A DNA stretch of 64,000 bases from an uncultured Gammaproteobacteria bacterium (GCA_964551605.1 CAZKCV010000004.1:7331-71330), one strand, 5' to 3'; counted from the stretch's first letter, positions 40,489 to 50,294 are shown. Program-made: numbers and translations. The notes: a model not told the origin generated them from the sequence alone.

Positions 40489-41535
40489 TTAACATGATAT
40501 ATGAAAGCGTTGACCAATTGTAACTTGCAATAGACTTGAGTTGTCTAAGAGAGGAAAGGGATTAGTGCGGATGTCCATTTCATCAAGCAGGGAGTTAATT
40601 CTGACAGTTTGGTTATGCAAGCCTGCCTCTCTCATTCCTTGTGAATATCGGTTTACGGGTCGGTGTCCTTCCAACGGCCAGATTGCATTTGGTCCTAAGT
40701 TTGCTCTGTCCGCGATATTTTTATATGCCAGCCAAAATCTGGTAATTTGTTTTCTGGCTCTTAGTTCCTCAGGGGTGATTTTAAGATTGCCATCCGGGTT
40801 ATTTCTAGTTTGTGGGTAAGCCTCTTTCCAGTTGGCAAGGCCCTCCTCTTTTTGTTCCCAATCGAATTTTTCAAGGAATCCCAGTACCCGGATAGGATGC
40901 TCCCAAAGATCGTGATGCCAGTCTGCAAAGATGGCAAAACCTCCTATTTTTAATACCCGCGCGTAATCTTTAAAAGGGATTCTTGCATGATGGTGGATGG
41001 AGGCAACGCCTGTTAGGATATCAATGGATTGTCTTCTTAATTCTCTTAGTACTTCTGTATCTGTGCCGATTAATACTTTATAGTTGACTTTCTGCTTTTC
41101 CATAAGCTGTGCTGCTGTTTTAAGGCTTTCTTTTGATGGGTCAACAAGAATCATTGTAGCTTTTTTTCTGATATTGTCTGGAAGCGTTTCAACTATGGCC
41201 AAGGCTGATGCTCCGGCACCTGCTCCAATATCTGCTATGACAGGAGATTTCAAAAAATAATTCCTTTCTATAATTCCTGCTACAATCTTAGCTGTTGCTT
41301 GTTGCAGTAGACAGTTAGCATTGGTCAGACCTGCTTCGTTTGAAGCTTGTAGCACTAAAGCCAGTTGCTCGGGTGTTCCATTTGCCCATTCTTTTTTGTA
41401 TGCTAGAGAAGCAGGAGTTTCATTAGTATACCCACCTAAGCCGTATTTGTTGTAAGCATAATCGGGAACACGGTAGGGGGAGCCCATGGTGATAGGCATT
41501 AATGCTTCATTGTGTGGTGTTAATAGCTCTGGCAT
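40489..41535 (-). CDS. class I SAM-dependent methyltransferase
   Basis: IADIGAGAG, VDPS, ASIHH, RVLKIGG. Confidence 0.82.
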   Translation of the reverse strand: MPELLTPHNEALMPITMGSPYRVPDYAYNKYGLGGYTNETPASLAYKKEWANGTPEQLALVLQASNEAGLTNANCLLQQATAKIVAGIIERNYFLKSPVIADIGAGAGASALAIVETLPDNIRKKATMILVDPSKESLKTAAQLMEKQKVNYKVLIGTDTEVLRELRRQSIDILTGVASIHHHARIPFKDYARVLKIGGFAIFADWHHDLWEHPIRVLGFLEKFDWEQKEEGLANWKEAYPQTRNNPDGNLKITPEELRARKQITRFWLAYKNIADRANLGPNAIWPLEGHRPVNRYSQGMREAGLHNQTVRINSLLDEMDIRTNPFPLLDNSSLLQVTIGQRFHISC

Positions 41536-41586
41536 ACGCTTTTGGGCACTCGGTGATTATATTACTAAAGCTTATAATGCGCAAAT

Positions 41587-42657
41587 TCAGTGTTCTTGCC
41601 TTATTCCTTCAACTCCTAAAGCTGCGTTAAAATAGGGGAGCTTGTATGACTTAGCGATTTTTTCAATTTTAGTTTTATCCTGGTGATAAGCCAGCAATAT
41701 TCCGGTGGGGCCGATCGTGGAGCCGGCACCGCACATCTTGGCGGCTCCGCCGGTTTTTTCAATCTCCCTAATGATCTGTTGGGAAAATGCTGAAACCACT
41801 CCAATGTTTTCCAAATTTCTCTCTCCCTGTTTAATTATCCTCATAAACTCCCCGCTGTCTCCGTTTTTAACCACCGGTATTAGACTCTCTGCCAGTTGGC
41901 TTTGGCTTTGAAAAGCAGTATCAAAAAGTTTTGGATTTTCCTCACGGAGTTTCCTGACTAGACTGACCATCTCGCCGGTTGACTGCTGCGGGCTGCCGGT
42001 AGCAATTAAGACAAAGTTAGCGGCGAGTTTTTCCGGAATAGTAATTTTAAGTGGGGTAATGGTTTTGGGTTCCCTGATGAATTTAATAATTCCTCCGAAG
42101 GTGACTGTGGCATTATCAGCTCCTGACGGATTGCCGTGTCTTCTTTGCTCGCCGGCATAGGCAATTTCATTGATGGTTTTTTTGTCAAATTTCTTACCCA
42201 GGAAAAGAGCGGTAGCGGCAGCGATAGCTACGCTGGTGGCGGCAGAGGAGCCTAATCCGGCGTTAACCGGCACATCTGATTTTATTTCAAGGTTGAATCC
42301 GGATGAGGGTTTTTTACCAAAAAATTTAATGGTTTCACCAATGATAATGGCTGCAAAGTCCAATGGTTGGGCAGTCAGACTTTTAATTATGGCAATGTCA
42401 TTAGTTTTGGCAAATTTCTGCCAATTTGATTCGGCTTTGGCTCTTTTGGAGAGTAATTTATCTATTGTTAATCTGGCTTTTTTATTGAAATTTTCGGAGG
42501 AAATAACAATAGTTTTATCAGATCTGGGCACTAGTTTGACGACACATCTTAAGTTGACTGCTGCCAGTAGGGCCGGAGCCCCGTAAACTACAAAATGTTC
42601 TCCGAGCAGGTGGATTTTGCCGGGAGCAGATACTTTAATACTATTATGATTCTTCAT
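41587..42657 (-). CDS. mvk: mevalonate kinase
   Basis: APGKIHLLGEH, GLGSSAA, HGNPSGADN. Confidence 0.88.
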   Translation of the reverse strand: MKNHNSIKVSAPGKIHLLGEHFVVYGAPALLAAVNLRCVVKLVPRSDKTIVISSENFNKKARLTIDKLLSKRAKAESNWQKFAKTNDIAIIKSLTAQPLDFAAIIIGETIKFFGKKPSSGFNLEIKSDVPVNAGLGSSAATSVAIAAATALFLGKKFDKKTINEIAYAGEQRRHGNPSGADNATVTFGGIIKFIREPKTITPLKITIPEKLAANFVLIATGSPQQSTGEMVSLVRKLREENPKLFDTAFQSQSQLAESLIPVVKNGDSGEFMRIIKQGERNLENIGVVSAFSQQIIREIEKTGGAAKMCGAGSTIGPTGILLAYHQDKTKIEKIAKSYKLPYFNAALGVEGIRQEH

Positions 42658-42664
42658 CTTCGTT

Positions 42665-42698
42665 CACCTCGAAGGAGTCAAAGCCCACCTTCGAGGTG
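42665..42698. repeat. 34-bp palindromic element CACCTCGAAGG...CCTTCGAGGTG
   Basis: Identical reverse-complement copy inside hmgA at 46241-46274; variants at 48066 and 48516. Confidence 0.85.
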
Positions 42699-42701
42699 TT
42701 G

Positions 42702-43001
42702 CTAAATAGGTTTTGCTTTGATACCGTACTCAATTACTTCATCTAATTTAACTTTGCCTAATTTCCTGACTACAGTAATAATTTTCTGATTAGGCTTCAG
42801 ATGTTTTTCGGCGTATTCCACCAGTTGCAGAGGCATTCTCATGCCGTCTTTAAACTGCACAATAGCCACCGGGTAAGGGGCTTCATGCTCAAATCCGGCC
42901 GGAGCAATATAGACTTTAGTCCATACAATAATTTTACCTGTTTGTCCCAGGTAGTTTTTAATATTTTTATGATGTCTCCAAACTGTAACAGGACTACTCA
43001 T
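42702..43001 (-). CDS. DUF35-like OB-fold protein (thiolase/HMG-CoA synthase scaffold)
   Basis: 'GKIIVWT..APAGFEHEAPYPVAIV...EYGIKA'; follows thiolase; no Zn-ribbon cysteines. Confidence 0.82.
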   Translation of the reverse strand: MSSPVTVWRHHKNIKNYLGQTGKIIVWTKVYIAPAGFEHEAPYPVAIVQFKDGMRMPLQLVEYAEKHLKPNQKIITVVRKLGKVKLDEVIEYGIKAKPI

Positions 43002-43105
43002 AGGTCGGTTTCGCCTCCAATGTAAAATGTAAAATGTAAAATTTAAAATTTAATTGTAAGCTGAGCTTGCGATCTAAAGATCTTAAATTGTACATTTGTA
43101 AATTG

Positions 43106-44257
43106 TTAATTTTGTAGTATGTGTACTACAACCGTGGCTCCGGTGCCTCCCACATTTTGGGTCAGGCCGATATTTGCATCTTTCACCTGTCGGCTGCCGG
43201 CATTTTTGCGCAGCTGTTCCGTAATTTCAATGATCTGTTTAACTCCGGTGGCGCCGACCGGATGCCCGCAGGCTTTCAAGCCGCCGGAGGTATTAACAGG
43301 AAGTTTTCCCCCTAATCTGGTATGGCCTTTGGTGATAAACTTGCCTCCTTCTCCTTCGGGACAAAAACCTAAATCTTCCATGGCCATAATTTCGGCTATA
43401 GTAAAGCAGTCATGAACCTCAGAGACTTTAATGTCTTTGATCTCTGCTCCGGCTTGTTTTAAAGCAAGCTTAGCTGCCAGCTGGGTAGCTTTTAATTCTG
43501 TTAAGCTGGATCTCTGCGCTAAGTCAATGGTATCCGAAGCCACAGCGCTGCCGGTAATATACACCTGCCTGCCGGCAGGCAGGCCCCTTGACGAGTCATC
43601 CCCGGAAAGTATAACTGCAGCGGCACCATCAGTAATAGGGGAGGAATCAAAAAGTGTAATCGGGTAAGAAATTAAACTACTGCTTAAAACTTTTTCGGCT
43701 GTTATCTCATACGGATAGTGGGCCTTTTTATTCAAAGAAGCATGGTAGTGATTTTTTACTGAGACATGGGCCAGATGTTCCCGGGTGGTGCCGTATTTTT
43801 GCATATGGGCCTGGGCCATTAATGCATACAGGGCGGGGAAAGTTAAGCCGGCTTTTCGCTCTTTAGAAGAGCTGGCCCCCATTAAAGCCCAGGTGATTTG
43901 ACTTGATGGGGCATCAGTCATTTTTTCCGCTCCCACTACCAGGACATTTTTATATGTCCCGGCTAAAATGCCCTGGATGGCTAAATGGACGGCCAGTCCT
44001 CCTGAGGCACAGGCACCTTCAATCCTAAAGGAGGCGCAGTTAAGTCCTAAAGAAGAGCTGATGACCGGTCCCAGGTGATCCTGACCGGCAATTTTACCAA
44101 TTAACATATTGCCGACAAAAACGGCATCGATTGTATTTTTATCAATTCCTGAATCTTTGATAGCATCAAGAGATGCTTCTAGCCCCAAATCAAGTAATGA
44201 TTTGTCCCAGAGTTCACCGAATTTTGTTAAACCTACTCCAGCTACCTTAATACGCAT
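43106..44257 (-). CDS. acetyl-CoA acetyltransferase, archaeal/SCP-x type thiolase
   Basis: EGACASG, GAEKM, EVHDCF, NTSGGLKACGHPVGATG. Confidence 0.92.
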   Translation of the reverse strand: MRIKVAGVGLTKFGELWDKSLLDLGLEASLDAIKDSGIDKNTIDAVFVGNMLIGKIAGQDHLGPVISSSLGLNCASFRIEGACASGGLAVHLAIQGILAGTYKNVLVVGAEKMTDAPSSQITWALMGASSSKERKAGLTFPALYALMAQAHMQKYGTTREHLAHVSVKNHYHASLNKKAHYPYEITAEKVLSSSLISYPITLFDSSPITDGAAAVILSGDDSSRGLPAGRQVYITGSAVASDTIDLAQRSSLTELKATQLAAKLALKQAGAEIKDIKVSEVHDCFTIAEIMAMEDLGFCPEGEGGKFITKGHTRLGGKLPVNTSGGLKACGHPVGATGVKQIIEITEQLRKNAGSRQVKDANIGLTQNVGGTGATVVVHILQN

Positions 44258-44262
44258 AAATT

Positions 44263-45303
44263 TTATATCCTGTACTTATTTATTATGTTCCTGGCTACCA
44301 GTGAATAATCAATCATTTGTTTATTTTGTATTTGATTTTGGACATTTTTGCTGTTTTTCTTTTGGAATTGTTTTAACAGGGGAGTGGTTTCAAAGATAAA
44401 GGAATCAGAGCCGGCACCTGAGCCATAGGAGCACATAAAGATCTTTTGCTTAGGGTTAGCAATATCCAAAGTAGCTGCCAAGCCTATCATGGATGAGGCA
44501 GAATAAGGATTACCTATTTGAGAAACTATAAATCCGGGTTTTAATTGCTCATCTTTAAAGCCTAACCTTTTGGCTGCTTCTTTGGGGAACTTACCATTTG
44601 GCATATGGAAAACAGCAAACTTAAAGTCAGCCGGTTTTAGTTTCGCTTTTTCCAGTAACAGGTTGGAAGCACTAAGAACATGATTAAAGTAAGCCGGATC
44701 TCCGGTGAACCTGCCGCCGTGGGAGGGAAATTTTTCAGTATCCCTTCTCCAAAAGTCCGGAGTATCCGAACTGTAGGAAGTAAAATCTAAGATATTAGCA
44801 AGTGTATCCTTGTTGCCTAATATGAAACTGGCAGCAGCAGAGCCTGCAGTATATTCCAAAACATCAGATGGCTTGGATTGGGCTACATCAGAACCGATGG
44901 CTAAAACATATTTGGTATCTTTGCCAACTAAGCCTGATAATAGCTGCATTCCGGAGGTGCCGGCTTTGCAGGCAAATTCCAAGTCCACAGCCAGTAAATT
45001 CTCCGGCAGGCCTAAAATTCCGGCTACAGTGGTGGCAGTAGGTTTAACTGCATAAGGATGGGATTCTGAGCCTACTGTTATGGCGCCTATTTTACTGAGG
45101 TCAAAGTTAAGTGGCATAGCAGCATTAAGGGTAGCCTCAACTGCTAAAGTGACTGCATCTTCATCAACTGAGGCCACAGCTTTTTCAAAAACCCCTAAAG
45201 CTTTTTCTACTTCATTGACTTCCTTGCCCCAGGCATGAGCGATTTGAGAGGGCTTGATGCGGTATTTTGGAATATAAGTTCCGTATGAAACAATGCCTGT
45301 CAT
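44263..45303 (-). CDS. hydroxymethylglutaryl-CoA synthase, archaeal type
   Basis: GSESHPYAVKP, EFACKAGT, DTPDFWRR, GNPYS, SYGSGAGSD. Confidence 0.92.
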   Translation of the reverse strand: MTGIVSYGTYIPKYRIKPSQIAHAWGKEVNEVEKALGVFEKAVASVDEDAVTLAVEATLNAAMPLNFDLSKIGAITVGSESHPYAVKPTATTVAGILGLPENLLAVDLEFACKAGTSGMQLLSGLVGKDTKYVLAIGSDVAQSKPSDVLEYTAGSAAASFILGNKDTLANILDFTSYSSDTPDFWRRDTEKFPSHGGRFTGDPAYFNHVLSASNLLLEKAKLKPADFKFAVFHMPNGKFPKEAAKRLGFKDEQLKPGFIVSQIGNPYSASSMIGLAATLDIANPKQKIFMCSYGSGAGSDSFIFETTPLLKQFQKKNSKNVQNQIQNKQMIDYSLVARNIINKYRI

Positions 45304-46469
45304 TTTTTTCTTCCAAGTTTTTGATGTGCTTTTGCCAAACTGCCTTCTGCTAAGCTGGCAATCAAAGATAGTTCACCGGCCAAGACCGTTGCGCCTAAAA
45401 CTTGAGCATATTCTAACACACCCTTCACATTCATAACCTTCAGAGCTTCCTGCTGGGTAGGAAGGTGTGTCCCGCCGCCGACAGTGCCAACTATTAAAGA
45501 GGGGAGATAGACAGAAAAATAAAGGCTATTGTTTTCCAATACCTCGGCGCTGGTTATTCCTAAACTGGCTTCTGTTACATGTGCTAAATCCTGACCGGTG
45601 GCAGCAAAAACCGCTGCCGCAATATTGGCAAAGTGGCTGTTATAGCCAAGGGAGCCTGACATTATTGAGCCCAGATGGCATTTCCGTTCAGTTACTTCGA
45701 CAACTTTCTCCGGGGTAGTTTTGAGGACATTGGTTACTACCTTTTTAGGTAATATGCATTCTGCCCAGACTTTTTTGCCGCGGCCTAAAATGAAATTTAG
45801 CCAGGAAGGTTTTTTATCTATATCAAAGTTACCTGCTAAAGAAATGCATTTGGCGGAGGTCTTTTCTTCAATGATTTTTACCATTGCTTCAGTGGCAATA
45901 GTGGCCATATTCATTCCCATGGCATCGCCGGTATCAAAATAGAACCTGACAAATAGGTTTCTGCCGACGATTCTATAATCTGCCTTTAATAATTTTAGAT
46001 GGGAAGAAGTGGCTTCAGCCGCCTTGGCCAAAGCTTTGAAGTTTTTTTCAATCCAGATTTTGGTTTTCATGGCTCTGCTTAAGTCTTTAAGTTTAAAAAC
46101 CGGCCCCCGGGTAATACCGACATTCTCTATAAAAACCATTATTCCACCGGATTCCTTGGTGGCTTTGCAGCCCCGGGAAACAGAAGCTACCAGAGCGCCT
46201 TCTGTTGTTGCTAACGGAATAAAATAATTTTTCTCTCTTACACCTCGAAGGTGGGCTTTGACTCCTTCGAGGTGGACTAATAATGGCCCGGCAATACCAA
46301 GGGGGATTTGGGCAGCGCCGATTAAATTTTCAATATTTCGGCCAACTGCAGCCTCTTCCGGAAAGCTGAAATCGCCAATATTATCCAGTTTAATATTTAG
46401 CTTTTTTTCTAGAAACTGCCGCCTTTTTTGTGCAGATGTAAAGCCACGAAGTGAGGTTTGATCTTTCAT
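45300..46469 (-). CDS. hmgA: HMG-CoA reductase, class I
   Basis: NIENLIG, PLATTEGALVAS, DAMGMNM, GTVGGGT, LAGELS. Confidence 0.93.
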   Translation of the reverse strand: MKDQTSLRGFTSAQKRRQFLEKKLNIKLDNIGDFSFPEEAAVGRNIENLIGAAQIPLGIAGPLLVHLEGVKAHLRGVREKNYFIPLATTEGALVASVSRGCKATKESGGIMVFIENVGITRGPVFKLKDLSRAMKTKIWIEKNFKALAKAAEATSSHLKLLKADYRIVGRNLFVRFYFDTGDAMGMNMATIATEAMVKIIEEKTSAKCISLAGNFDIDKKPSWLNFILGRGKKVWAECILPKKVVTNVLKTTPEKVVEVTERKCHLGSIMSGSLGYNSHFANIAAAVFAATGQDLAHVTEASLGITSAEVLENNSLYFSVYLPSLIVGTVGGGTHLPTQQEALKVMNVKGVLEYAQVLGATVLAGELSLIASLAEGSLAKAHQKLGRKK

Positions 46470-46619
46470 TGGTAGTCAATTCTACCAGAAACGACATTGG
46501 TAACCAAGTTGCTATTCGGCAGCACCTATGATAGATTTCTCCTATGGCTGAAAGAAGTTTTTCTGAGCATACTCTAATGGAGTATCGTAATCAAGGGCTT
46601 CATGAGGGCTGTAGGAGAA

Positions 46620-47174
46620 TTAAAATCTGGTTAAGGTAATTTTCTTTTGACCTAGAGGTGGATAAAAATTAAGTGATTCAAGTTTTAAAGTTTTACCGGT
46701 TAGCTTCTCCTGAAAATATTTTAAAATTTCGGTTGGATATCTATTATCCTGATTTTTAATGTAGCATAAAGCTAAATGAGGATCAAAAGGCAAAGATTCA
46801 GAAACAATCTCATTATTTTGTCTGACCCAGGAGTCAAACAAGAGAATATTCTGATCTATCTCCGGAATGGCAACAACAATATAATATTCCCCCTTGTATC
46901 CTAAATTGATTTGTATATTTTTAATTTTAATATTTTGTTGCCAGTTTAATTTTAACTTTGCAGCTTTAAATCTTTTTTCCAGGTCCAGATTTTTAATTCC
47001 GTAACAAATTGTCAAATGGCCTTTCAGGCTAACATTTCCATTAATATAAGTGTAGCCAGGATCGAATGATTGAAAATAATCTTTTCCCGGAATCTTCTGG
47101 GAGATGATGTCAAAAAGCATCTGCCTACTGGTACCGGAAAGGTCAATAACAACATAACCTAAATCATTACTCAT
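46620..47174 (-). CDS. 2H phosphoesterase-fold protein
   Basis: Two motifs GHLTICYG and FDPHLALCY. Confidence 0.6.
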   Translation of the reverse strand: MSNDLGYVVIDLSGTSRQMLFDIISQKIPGKDYFQSFDPGYTYINGNVSLKGHLTICYGIKNLDLEKRFKAAKLKLNWQQNIKIKNIQINLGYKGEYYIVVAIPEIDQNILLFDSWVRQNNEIVSESLPFDPHLALCYIKNQDNRYPTEILKYFQEKLTGKTLKLESLNFYPPLGQKKITLTRF

Positions 47175-47280
47175 ATATATAAGGATACTAGCATAATTGC
47201 TTTGTATCTGGGTACCTATCAGAAAATTATATTCAGTGGGATTGACAACTGTACAAGGTTTTATTCCTTTTCACCCTTTG

Positions 47281-47814
47281 ATGGACGAAGCGGAGTTAAG
47301 TGAAAATTTGAAATTTATCGAAAGACATCCCGAAGATATTACCCCTTCTCTTGATAATCCTTTAGGATTCTTAAGAGTTAACCCACGTACCGCGTATCTT
47401 GGTCATGTTTTAAAACAGCAAGAAGAGCGACATGTCCGTTTGATTAAAGAGTTCGATCCAAATACTCTAAGTTATCACTGTGGTTATCTTGATCCAAAGT
47501 TAGGTCTTCTAGCAAGTTTTTTATATTCGCTTAAGGCTCTTACACGATCGGAAATAAAACACATTCAATGGGATGACGACATAAACAGTCGACTTATTCG
47601 TATGAGATATATTAATTTTGATTTGCTTAGCTCCTCTTATCGGTATTTTACTGAATCAACATCTACTCATTCACTAGAAATACAACTTGTAACAGACCTT
47701 CTTCCTTGGTATCACAAAACTGTTGCTAAGGTTGGATTAGACGGAGTTGGAGAAGATTTTGAAGATCGCTTCGCTCATGAATTCGAGAGAAATAAATCAA
47801 TCCTCCTTGTTTAA
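47281..47814 (+). CDS. hypothetical protein
   Basis: Open frame; start MDEAEL assumed; no recognised motif. Confidence 0.5.
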   Translation: MDEAELSENLKFIERHPEDITPSLDNPLGFLRVNPRTAYLGHVLKQQEERHVRLIKEFDPNTLSYHCGYLDPKLGLLASFLYSLKALTRSEIKHIQWDDDINSRLIRMRYINFDLLSSSYRYFTESTSTHSLEIQLVTDLLPWYHKTVAKVGLDGVGEDFEDRFAHEFERNKSILLV

Positions 47815-47858
47815 CAACCTAATGTGCAAGAACTGGGATTATATGGTAAATTTAGGCA

Positions 47859-48806
47859 ATGGAATTTGAGGAATTTAGAAAAAGCGTCACTTTGCAGATT
47901 GAAAAGCAGTTAAAGAAGCTACTGAGAGACTGGAGGAGCGAGGTGGAAAAAATTGACACTAAGCTTTTGCCACTGGTAGATAAATTTATCGCCGGTTGTC
48001 AGGGAGGGAAGATGATCAGAGGTATATTGGTGGTGCTGGGGAATGAGATTGCGAGGGGTGGAGATCACCTCGGAGGAGTCATGGCTTCGCAAGCTCAGCC
48101 TGCCACCATCCGAGGAGATCTTGATAGGGAGATTTTTAAAGTTGCAGCGACTTATGAAATAATGCACAGCGCGATTTTGGCTCATGATGATATCATAGAC
48201 CAAAGCCCGGAAAGGCGGGGCCAGTCTTCTTTATTTAAAGCTATTGGCCAGGGTCATTATGGAATATCCCAGGCGATCAGTTTAGGGGACGCCGGTTTTT
48301 TCCTGGCAATGAAGATTATTTCTGGAGCTAATTTTCCCAAAGAAAGAAAAATTCCCGCCCTGAAACTGCTTTCTACAGTAATGTTGGATACAGCTTTGGG
48401 GGAAATATTGGATTTAGAGAAAGTTGATCCGTTGGTTGTGACAAAGCTTAAAACGGCGTACTATACGATCTCCGGGCCGCTGCAGTTGGGAGCAATTTTA
48501 GGGGGGGCCGAATCTCACCTCGGAGGAGTCAAAGCCCACCTAATACGTGCTCAAAGAGAGCAACGAGGTGTAAAACTACTTAACAATTTGGCAAAATTTG
48601 GAGAGGGCTTAGGGATTGCTTTTCAGATCCAGGATGATATTTTGGATTCTGAAGTAGATTTTTGGGGAGGGGCTGATAAGGCTAAAAAGGAAGCGGATAA
48701 GTTTAAAAATAAAGCATTGAAGATATTGCCGGAGATTACCAAAGATCCCCAAATGAGTAAATTGTTGGAACAGTTATCGAAATACTTAATCGAAAGAACA
48801 GAATGA
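47859..48806 (+). CDS. polyprenyl synthetase (FPP/GGPP synthase family)
   Basis: GGKMIR, HDDIID..RRG, GD, KTA.YT, AFQIQDD; two in-frame palindrome insertions. Confidence 0.9.
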   Translation: MEFEEFRKSVTLQIEKQLKKLLRDWRSEVEKIDTKLLPLVDKFIAGCQGGKMIRGILVVLGNEIARGGDHLGGVMASQAQPATIRGDLDREIFKVAATYEIMHSAILAHDDIIDQSPERRGQSSLFKAIGQGHYGISQAISLGDAGFFLAMKIISGANFPKERKIPALKLLSTVMLDTALGEILDLEKVDPLVVTKLKTAYYTISGPLQLGAILGGAESHLGGVKAHLIRAQREQRGVKLLNNLAKFGEGLGIAFQIQDDILDSEVDFWGGADKAKKEADKFKNKALKILPEITKDPQMSKLLEQLSKYLIERTE

Positions 48807-49492
48807 AAAATATTCCACAACATATTGCCATAATTATGGACGGAAACCGCCGTTGGGCCCGGTCAAAGGGTCTGCCGGATATTAGGGGCCACGAGAAGGG
48901 CACGGATATTCTGGAAGAGGTGGTGGAAGCTGCAGAGGGTTTAGGAGTAAAAGCCATCACAGTTTATGCTTTGTCTACAGAAAACATTAAAGAGCGGGCT
49001 AAAAGGGAGGTCTTGGGGCTGTTTAACCTGATCAGGAGGGGTTATCATATAAAGCTTAAGAAGATGATGCAAAGAGGGGTACGGATCAGTATTTTAGGGG
49101 AAATGCAGGGCCTGCCGGGAACCATAAAAAGACTGATTGAGCAGGTGAAAAAAACCTATATCAAAAATGAATCCATCAAGCTCAATATAGCCTTAAATTA
49201 TGGCGGGAAAAGAGAGCTGGTAGAGGCTGTAAAAGATCTGATTAAAGAAGGAATTGATGTAAGTAAATTAAATGAGAAAACAATAGAAAAATATCTTTAT
49301 ACTAATGGCCAGCCTGATCCGGAGCTGGTGATCAGAACCGGCGGCAGGTCCAGGTTATCTAACTTCCTGCTTTGGCAAACAGCTTATTCGGAATTTTATT
49401 TTACTAAAACATTATGGCCGGATTTTGATAAAAAGGAATTTAAAAAAGCTTTAGCCTGGTACCAGGAGCAGAAAAGAAATTTTGGTAAGTAG
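48803..49492 (+). CDS. uppS: undecaprenyl diphosphate synthase
   Basis: HIAIIMDGNRRWA, STEN, NYGG, IRTGG.RLSNFLLWQ, LWPDF. Confidence 0.95.
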   Translation: MKNIPQHIAIIMDGNRRWARSKGLPDIRGHEKGTDILEEVVEAAEGLGVKAITVYALSTENIKERAKREVLGLFNLIRRGYHIKLKKMMQRGVRISILGEMQGLPGTIKRLIEQVKKTYIKNESIKLNIALNYGGKRELVEAVKDLIKEGIDVSKLNEKTIEKYLYTNGQPDPELVIRTGGRSRLSNFLLWQTAYSEFYFTKTLWPDFDKKEFKKALAWYQEQKRNFGK

Positions 49493-49493
49493 C

Positions 49494-50294
49494 TTACTGA
49501 ACCTCTGACCAACGTTGAAGGGTATCGGCAAATAAATCCCTTAAAATCACCACATATTTCGGCTGGTGGACTATCTTTTCCGCAGCCACTGTATTATCAG
49601 TCAGGCTGCGGCAGAAAACTATTTTACCCGGGCTTAGACTGATTAAACTGCCATAAATAGTTAAAGTGTTGGCTACAGTGGAATTAGTAGTACAAGGATA
49701 ACCGGCAGTATAAATTTTATCTGAAGAAATGATCACCGAATATATTTGAGTCACAGTTTGAGTGATACTAACGTAGCCCTTAACGACAAAGACTATGCCG
49801 GAGCTTGCGTCTCCGAAATTACTGTTAAAGGTTAAATCTCCGTCTACAAAGATAACAGCAGCGGTTTTGGAGGGCCCACCTAGAGGGGAATTAATATCTA
49901 CATTTCCATTAACTAATACAATGTCATAACTGTTTAATAGGGACCTTAAAGTGCCTTGGTTGGCGGTGGCAGTTGATGTTTTAGCGGCTTTAGATTGGGT
50001 GTAATAGAGTGATTTTAGATCTTCATAAGTAGGGATTTTATAGGAGACAAAAGCAGCTTTTAAGTCAATCACGCAATTACCGGTGGTATTGCTGAATTTA
50101 GTAGAAACTGTCGGAGCACTAATTAAGCCGCCGGCCCGGGGATTGGTGGATTGGGTTGGGCAGGCATTTTGGGCATAAACGGTTGGTAGTATAAATAAAG
50201 CTACGACAATCAAATAAGCTGCCAAAATAACTGTACCCTGTAACCTAAGACCTTTAGGTCGCAAGCTTCGCTTATACCCTGTACCCTTTATCAT
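49494..50294 (-). CDS. secreted hypothetical protein
   Basis: Signal-peptide-like segment ending VYA; beta-rich IFVDGDL/VFVVKG region. Confidence 0.65.
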   Translation of the reverse strand: MIKGTGYKRSLRPKGLRLQGTVILAAYLIVVALFILPTVYAQNACPTQSTNPRAGGLISAPTVSTKFSNTTGNCVIDLKAAFVSYKIPTYEDLKSLYYTQSKAAKTSTATANQGTLRSLLNSYDIVLVNGNVDINSPLGGPSKTAAVIFVDGDLTFNSNFGDASSGIVFVVKGYVSITQTVTQIYSVIISSDKIYTAGYPCTTNSTVANTLTIYGSLISLSPGKIVFCRSLTDNTVAAEKIVHQPKYVVILRDLFADTLQRWSEVQ

